This document shows, piece by piece, positions 58,729-64,000 of a stretch of 64,000 bases of DNA. The number at the start of each line of letters is the position of its first letter. The stretch's first letter is position 1. The notes beneath the pieces were generated by a model that saw nothing but the letters and a program-made list of their open reading frames with translations, made no database searches and was not told the origin of the DNA. A program made the translations under genes and the position numbers. Origin of the DNA: a candidate division WOR-3 bacterium (GTDB taxonomy: Bacteria; Hydrothermota; 32-111); the NCBI GenBank assembly GCA_039804105.1, contig JBDRZU010000001.1, positions 1,248,001-1,312,000 of the forward strand, written 5' to 3'.

Positions 58729-60162
58729 ATGGATAATTTAAAAAAATTTTTTGTTATCTTTTCACTTATTATTATTTTTATAAACATTTTATTTTCAAGT
58801 GAAATCACAATTTCAGATTATTATTACAAAACAATAGAAGCGGGCGAAAGATTATACATAAATGGGCTATATGGAGTAGAGAGTTATTCAATAGATTTTA
58901 ACAGAAAACTTTTTTCAGATGGTGGAGTTTTAAAATTTGAAGGTGATAGATTACTTGTTGGAAGTTTGAGACAGGATCTTATTCCTGGAACCGTTGATAC
59001 TATAATATTTTCAACAAAAGAAGGAATGGAATATCTTGAACTAAAGATCTCCCCTTCAGATTTTGACCTAAGAATTGATAGTGTTAGAAGTTCTGTTAAA
59101 GGAAGAGTTTTGTTTTTTTATAACAACAATTTCATAAAAAATGGAATAGATTCCTTGTTCTTATTGTATGAATCAAACGAGAATTTTGTTTCCCAAAAGA
59201 TCTTTTCAATTCTTGAAGATAGCTCTAACGATAATAACTCTTTTCCTTTTGAAATAAAAAAACCTGTTGATGAAAAAGATTATTCAATTTCTTTGGTTAA
59301 ATTTACAGGGTCACTCTCTGATACTTTTTACTACCTTGAAGGTTTTACAACAAAAGCAAAAATTGAGAATTTCGTTTATCCCTTTCTAATGGATTCGAGA
59401 AGTAAAATGGTAACAGATAACATCACAGGACTTTATTCAGATTTCAATTTTGATTTTATAAGTACATTTTATAATTATGAAATTCCATCAGAATCGATTA
59501 TTCAATATGATTCAAAATATTTTGTTTATTTGAATGTTGATGGTGGGAAACTTTTAAAAGAAACAAAATTTCTATCAGAACTAAAAGAGATATCAAAAAA
59601 GGTTCCAACTTTTATATTTACAAGAAACATAATACAATTTTTAAATCTACCTGAAAACAGGAGTTCAAAGGATTTTTTAGAGTTGATGTTTGGTATAGAG
59701 TTTAGAGAATATGATGAAATAGAGCAAAAAGAATTTTTACTCGATCCACTTGATAATGAAGATGTAGAATTTTTCTGGGACAAAAGTGTTAATGATTACA
59801 GTGCATATTATCTATCCGATACAATATCTTTTTTTATGTATCTTCCAAAAAATTTGAACATTGATATTCTTGATCAGATTTTAAGAAATGCAAAAAACAT
59901 CAAAAAACAAGAAATCTTTGGAAAACTCTCTTCAATTATAGAATTTGAAAATCCTGATAAAAACGAAATAAAAATTTCCTATTATGATAATAGAGGAAAT
60001 TTTATTGGAGAAGTATTTCAAGATATAAATTATTTAAACATAGTTCTTCTTGATATCTCAAAAACCTTTAAGCAGAATTTTGTTAGTGGTGATGGATTTT
60101 ATATTTATAAGGTCTATTCAGGTGGGGAAGAAAAAAGAAAGGGTATATTTTTAGTATTTTGA
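58729..60162 (+). CDS. Hypothetical exported protein
   Basis: Signal-like N-terminus; GFYIYKV C-terminus; start uncertain. Confidence 0.6.
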   Translation: MDNLKKFFVIFSLIIIFINILFSSEITISDYYYKTIEAGERLYINGLYGVESYSIDFNRKLFSDGGVLKFEGDRLLVGSLRQDLIPGTVDTIIFSTKEGMEYLELKISPSDFDLRIDSVRSSVKGRVLFFYNNNFIKNGIDSLFLLYESNENFVSQKIFSILEDSSNDNNSFPFEIKKPVDEKDYSISLVKFTGSLSDTFYYLEGFTTKAKIENFVYPFLMDSRSKMVTDNITGLYSDFNFDFISTFYNYEIPSESIIQYDSKYFVYLNVDGGKLLKETKFLSELKEISKKVPTFIFTRNIIQFLNLPENRSSKDFLELMFGIEFREYDEIEQKEFLLDPLDNEDVEFFWDKSVNDYSAYYLSDTISFFMYLPKNLNIDILDQILRNAKNIKKQEIFGKLSSIIEFENPDKNEIKISYYDNRGNFIGEVFQDINYLNIVLLDISKTFKQNFVSGDGFYIYKVYSGGEEKRKGIFLVF

Positions 60163-60209
60163 TTCTTTTATATCCTTGACAATCTTTCTTTCGAACTTAA
60201 ATTGAAATA

Positions 60210-61436
60210 ATGGAAAACATTATAAAACTTGTTATTTCTTTACCAGGATTATCAATTTTTTATTCAATGTCAGAATATCTTTTGATTGGTTTTTTAGCAG
60301 CAGGTATTGCAAAATTTTTTGTTTCTGAAGATCAAATATATAAAAATTTATCTGGCAAAAGATTTTCAGATATTTTTAAAGCAGCAGTTCTTGGAGTTCC
60401 AATTCCAGTTTGTTCATGTGGAGTTATACCTCTTGTTGAACATTTAAAAAGAAGTGGTGCTTCAAAAAAATCAATAGTTTCTTTTTTAATCTCAACACCA
60501 ACAACAGGTTTTGATTCTATTCTTGCAACATATTCTCTTTTGGGGCCAATTTTTGCTGTTTTTAGACCAATAAGTTCTTTTTGGGGTGGACTGCTTGGGG
60601 GAACACTTGTCAAATTTTTTGTTAAAGAAGAAGATGTTGTAATTGAAAAAGAAGTAAAAGTATGTGAATATTTAGATGGAAAAAATAGAAATTTAAAAGA
60701 AAAATTTTTACAATCCTTAAAATATTCATTTTTTGAATTGGTTGAATCAACTGGGAAATGGATAATTTTGGGAATAGTTTTAGGAACATTGATCTCCTTT
60801 CTTATACCCGATACTGTTTTTAAAAACTATTTTTCAAATAGATTTCTTTCATATCTTTTTATGATGTTTGTTGGAATTCCTTTGTATGTTTGTGCAACAG
60901 GTTCGATTCCAATCGCTCTTTCTCTTATCTTAAAAGGTATTTCTCCTGGTGCTGCTCTTGTTTTTTTGATTACAGGACCTGCGACCAATAGTGCAACGAT
61001 ACTTTTTGTTTTAAAAAGATTGGGGAAAAAAACACTTCTGGTATACTTGATTTCTGTTGTAATAATATCAATTGTTTCTGGTTTTATTCTTGATCTTATT
61101 TTTAATAATTTTGATTTTACAATACAAAAGAACATGCATAGCCATACACAAGAGATAAATTATTTGAAATTACTTTCTTCTTTAATTTTGATCGTATTAA
61201 TTTTAAGACCATATTTTATAAGAATCTGGAGGAAAAAGATGGAAGGTAGAAAATTTTATGTTCCGGATATATCGTGTTCTCATTGTGCTAAAACCATAGA
61301 GAATAGTGTTATAAAAGTAAAGGGAGTAAAAAAGGTATTTGTTGATATTAAAAGGAAAGAAGTTTATGTGCAAGGAGAGTTCGACAACTTAGAAGTTGAA
61401 CAGGCGATCAGGGATGCAGGATATACTCCACAATAA
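60210..61436 (+). CDS. ArsP/SO_0444-type permease fused to a C-terminal HMA (CopZ-like) domain
   Basis: PVCSCGVIP, YVCATGSIP, GPATN; ISCSHC metal-binding motif. Confidence 0.88.
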   Translation: MENIIKLVISLPGLSIFYSMSEYLLIGFLAAGIAKFFVSEDQIYKNLSGKRFSDIFKAAVLGVPIPVCSCGVIPLVEHLKRSGASKKSIVSFLISTPTTGFDSILATYSLLGPIFAVFRPISSFWGGLLGGTLVKFFVKEEDVVIEKEVKVCEYLDGKNRNLKEKFLQSLKYSFFELVESTGKWIILGIVLGTLISFLIPDTVFKNYFSNRFLSYLFMMFVGIPLYVCATGSIPIALSLILKGISPGAALVFLITGPATNSATILFVLKRLGKKTLLVYLISVVIISIVSGFILDLIFNNFDFTIQKNMHSHTQEINYLKLLSSLILIVLILRPYFIRIWRKKMEGRKFYVPDISCSHCAKTIENSVIKVKGVKKVFVDIKRKEVYVQGEFDNLEVEQAIRDAGYTPQ

Positions 61437-61492
61437 ACTTTTAAAGTTGATATTTTTTTACAATAATTTATAATTTTTAGTAAGAGGTTTTT

Positions 61493-64000
61493 ATGAATAA
61501 AAAAATTCTTTTTATTTTTTTATTGTTTTTATATATCTTAATCTATTCAGAAAAATTGGAAATAAACTTTCAAAAGGAAAATGATCTTAGAGAGATCAGT
61601 ATTTTAAAAGTAATGGAAAACAAATTTAATGTTAACCTTCCATCTTATATTATATTTTTTAAAGATAAGTCAATCAAACTTCAAAATGTTGAATTTGAAA
61701 ATTTGTCTGAGATAAAAGATTATAAGTTAGTAAATTTTTTCCAACAACCGTTATCTATAAGAAAAGTTGAACATGAAAAGTTATTCAAAGGAGAATTGAA
61801 AGAATATTTTCAGTATTCTCCTTCTAATAATTCTATAAAAATATTTCCATATTTTATAAAAGATGGAAAAATATTTTCATATGAGAAAGCGATTATTTCC
61901 TATTCAAAAGGTTTCCCCTTCAAAGAAAAAGAAAATTCTTTGTATGATTATCTTATAATAACTTCAATAAAATATGATACTGTTTTTTCACGCCTTAAAG
62001 AATGGAAAATAAAAAAAGGATATAAAACAAAATTAAGTTTCATAGAATCGATACTCCCACACTATTCGGGAGTTGATAGTGCTGAAAAGATAAGGAATTA
62101 CATAATAGATGAATATAACTCAAACAGGTTCAAATACCTTTTGCTTGGTGGTGATAGAGCGATTATACCTGTAAGACGGCTTTATGCTATGAACTGCAAT
62201 GCTGATTATTATCCAGATGAGGATTCAATACCTTCAGATTTATACTATTCAAATCTTGATGGAAACTTTAATTTTGATGGAGATAATATTTGGGGAGAGA
62301 TTGAGGATTCTTCTGATCTTATTCCTGAGGTTATAGTTGGAAGAATACTTTTTGACACGATTTATTATGGTCCATCTCCAATAATATCAAGAATAATAGA
62401 TTATGATCGTGTAAAAAATATTGAGCATCTTTCAAGAGGTGTTTTTCTTGGAATGGTTCTTTGGGATGATCCGATGACTTCTGGTGGAGTTGCAAAAGAT
62501 ATGATAGATAATGATATAATTCCTCAAGATTTTCATCTTTTAAAATTTTATGAAGATTTGGGACATACTGGAAAGGCGGATATTCTTGATTCTCTTGATA
62601 TGGGTTACAACATAGTTAACCACAATGGACACGGTTCTTTTAAAGGGGTATGGGTTGATTATAAAACTGCTATCACAAGAGGAGATGCAACAACTTTGAC
62701 TAACGGAAGTAAAACTGGACTTTTTTATTCAATAGGATGTTGGGTGGGGGCTTTTGATCGAGAGGATACTACCTATATTCTACATTCGATAACAGAAAAT
62801 TTTCAGGATTCTCCAACAGGTGGGTTTATCTCTCTCATAACAAATTCAAGATATGGTTGGGGTGCTCCAGGTTATCCAGGGTATGGTGTTTCTGAGGTGC
62901 TTGATTACAGGTTTTTCCAAATTCTTTTTCAAGAAAGTGAATACAAAAGACCAGCAGAAATTTTAAACCAGGTGAAAAGTGAAATCGAACCTTTTTCGTA
63001 TGATGAGAATCTCTATAGATGGCATATTTATCAGTTGAACTACTTTGGTGATCCAGAACTTCCAATATTTACACAAAATCCTAACAATTTGAATGTATTT
63101 TTCAAAAAGAACACAGATTTTATCGAAATATTTATTAGAGACCAAAACGATTATCCAGTAAACAATGTTTTGGTATGTTTTTCAAAAGATACTATTTTAA
63201 GAAGAGGTATTACTGATGGTAATGGATATATAAGTTTTTTAACAAATGGAATAAATGATAGTGATTACATATACTTTGTTGCGAGCAAGGTGAATTATAA
63301 AACCGTCTATGATTCATTGGTTTTGAAAAATGTTGGAACCAAATATGTCTCAATCTTTTCAGATAGTTTTTATGCTGGTGCAAACAACTATTTGAAGATA
63401 AAAAATTTTGATCTAACTCCACACAATATTAAACTGGTTTCAAAATTCTTGAACGATGAACTTATTTTGCAGGGTAGTTCAACAGATTCTATAATTTATG
63501 TTCCGCTGTCTTCAGGTGAAATTATAGATACTCTTTATCTTTATATTGATAATGTTCTTGAAGACACACTTTTTTTAAAAATTTATAAATTGAAATTTTC
63601 CGTTGAAAACCTTTACTTTTCAAATTCAAACTTTAATTTAAAAATTAAAAAAGAAAAAAGTCCTGTAGTTGAAAATGCAAAATTCCGTGTTGTTCTTCAA
63701 GGTTCTTACAATCTTCTTGATACTATATTTTTTGAGAATATGGACAGTATTATTCAGAAAACATTTTTCTGTGGTGTTCCAACTGGAGAAAATTATTTAA
63801 AATTTTCTTTTTACATCTATAAAAACGATACACTCCTTGCTCAGAAAACTGATTATCTGAACAATGGAGAATATTCTTTTTATGATGATTTTATCGGAGA
63901 TCTGTCAAAATGGGAGCAGTATACTTCAAATTGGATCATAACAAAAAATCAAAATCTTCATCCGGGAAACGAAACTGGTTATTTCAACAACATGTCTGAT
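61493..64000 (+). CDS. Secreted peptidase C25 (gingipain-like), runs off the window end
   Basis: Not in the ORF track because there is no stop in the window. Translated by hand: signal MNKKILFIFLLFLYILIYS, YLLLGGD, SDLYYSNLDG, HNGHGS, SIGCWVG, FGDPEL. Confidence 0.85.
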   Translation, partial: MNKKILFIFLLFLYILIYSEKLEINFQKENDLREISILKVMENKFNVNLPSYIIFFKDKSIKLQNVEFENLSEIKDYKLVNFFQQPLSIRKVEHEKLFKGELKEYFQYSPSNNSIKIFPYFIKDGKIFSYEKAIISYSKGFPFKEKENSLYDYLIITSIKYDTVFSRLKEWKIKKGYKTKLSFIESILPHYSGVDSAEKIRNYIIDEYNSNRFKYLLLGGDRAIIPVRRLYAMNCNADYYPDEDSIPSDLYYSNLDGNFNFDGDNIWGEIEDSSDLIPEVIVGRILFDTIYYGPSPIISRIIDYDRVKNIEHLSRGVFLGMVLWDDPMTSGGVAKDMIDNDIIPQDFHLLKFYEDLGHTGKADILDSLDMGYNIVNHNGHGSFKGVWVDYKTAITRGDATTLTNGSKTGLFYSIGCWVGAFDREDTTYILHSITENFQDSPTGGFISLITNSRYGWGAPGYPGYGVSEVLDYRFFQILFQESEYKRPAEILNQVKSEIEPFSYDENLYRWHIYQLNYFGDPELPIFTQNPNNLNVFFKKNTDFIEIFIRDQNDYPVNNVLVCFSKDTILRRGITDGNGYISFLTNGINDSDYIYFVASKVNYKTVYDSLVLKNVGTKYVSIFSDSFYAGANNYLKIKNFDLTPHNIKLVSKFLNDELILQGSSTDSIIYVPLSSGEIIDTLYLYIDNVLEDTLFLKIYKLKFSVENLYFSNSNFNLKIKKEKSPVVENAKFRVVLQGSYNLLDTIFFENMDSIIQKTFFCGVPTGENYLKFSFYIYKNDTLLAQKTDYLNNGEYSFYDDFIGDLSKWEQYTSNWIITKNQNLHPGNETGYFNNMSD

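Noticed and set aside
227..63422. Numerous short antisense/overlapping ORFs in the track (e.g. 948-1244, 4325-4849, 42904-43281, 62835-63422)
   Set aside because: They lie opposite or inside well-supported genes and have no recognisable motifs.
1..64000. tRNA, rRNA or riboswitch genes
   Set aside because: None recognised by eye; the only GC-rich intergenic structures are REPs and terminators. An Infernal/tRNAscan run would be decisive.

Overview
Low-GC bacterial chromosome segment. The many secreted proteins with T9SS-like C-termini suggest an FCB-related lineage such as WOR-3/TA06, but this is inference only. The flanks (1-18.5 kb and 42.9-64 kb) are mostly housekeeping: a sugar-modification operon, ABC transporter, pdxJ, folC, rqcH-like, iorAB, rlmI-like, neuC, smc, ftsY, TSUP transporters and secreted M14/M23/C25 peptidases. 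The centre (~18.5-42.85 kb) is a ~24 kb accessory/defence island with no integrase, transposase or tRNA. It is cut into gene-sized modules by 11 copies of a non-palindromic 24-bp repeat, GTCAAAAAGTCAAGCACCGTCCCC. Four copies on the left lie on +, seven on the right lie on -, all pointing inward, and each arm has its own diagnostic flanking base. The modules carry a nucleotidyltransferase TA-like pair, two paralogous 14-blade LVIVD surface proteins in mirror orientation, a PLD-SNF2 helicase plus type IIG R-M enzyme, Kiwa (kwaAB), an Abi_C/HEPN protein, a DUF2130 protein, two near-identical DUF4143 AAA ATPase cassettes and GTAG-type REP clusters. This two-armed repeat-delimited cassette array is the main candidate novel system. 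Smaller signals are a 21-aa Lys-rich micro-ORF with its own promoter and terminator, an apparent ATT start codon, an internal start for a CopZ-like domain, and a prevalence of 16-bp promoter spacers with several leaderless genes. All calls come from manual motif recognition; no database searches were run.
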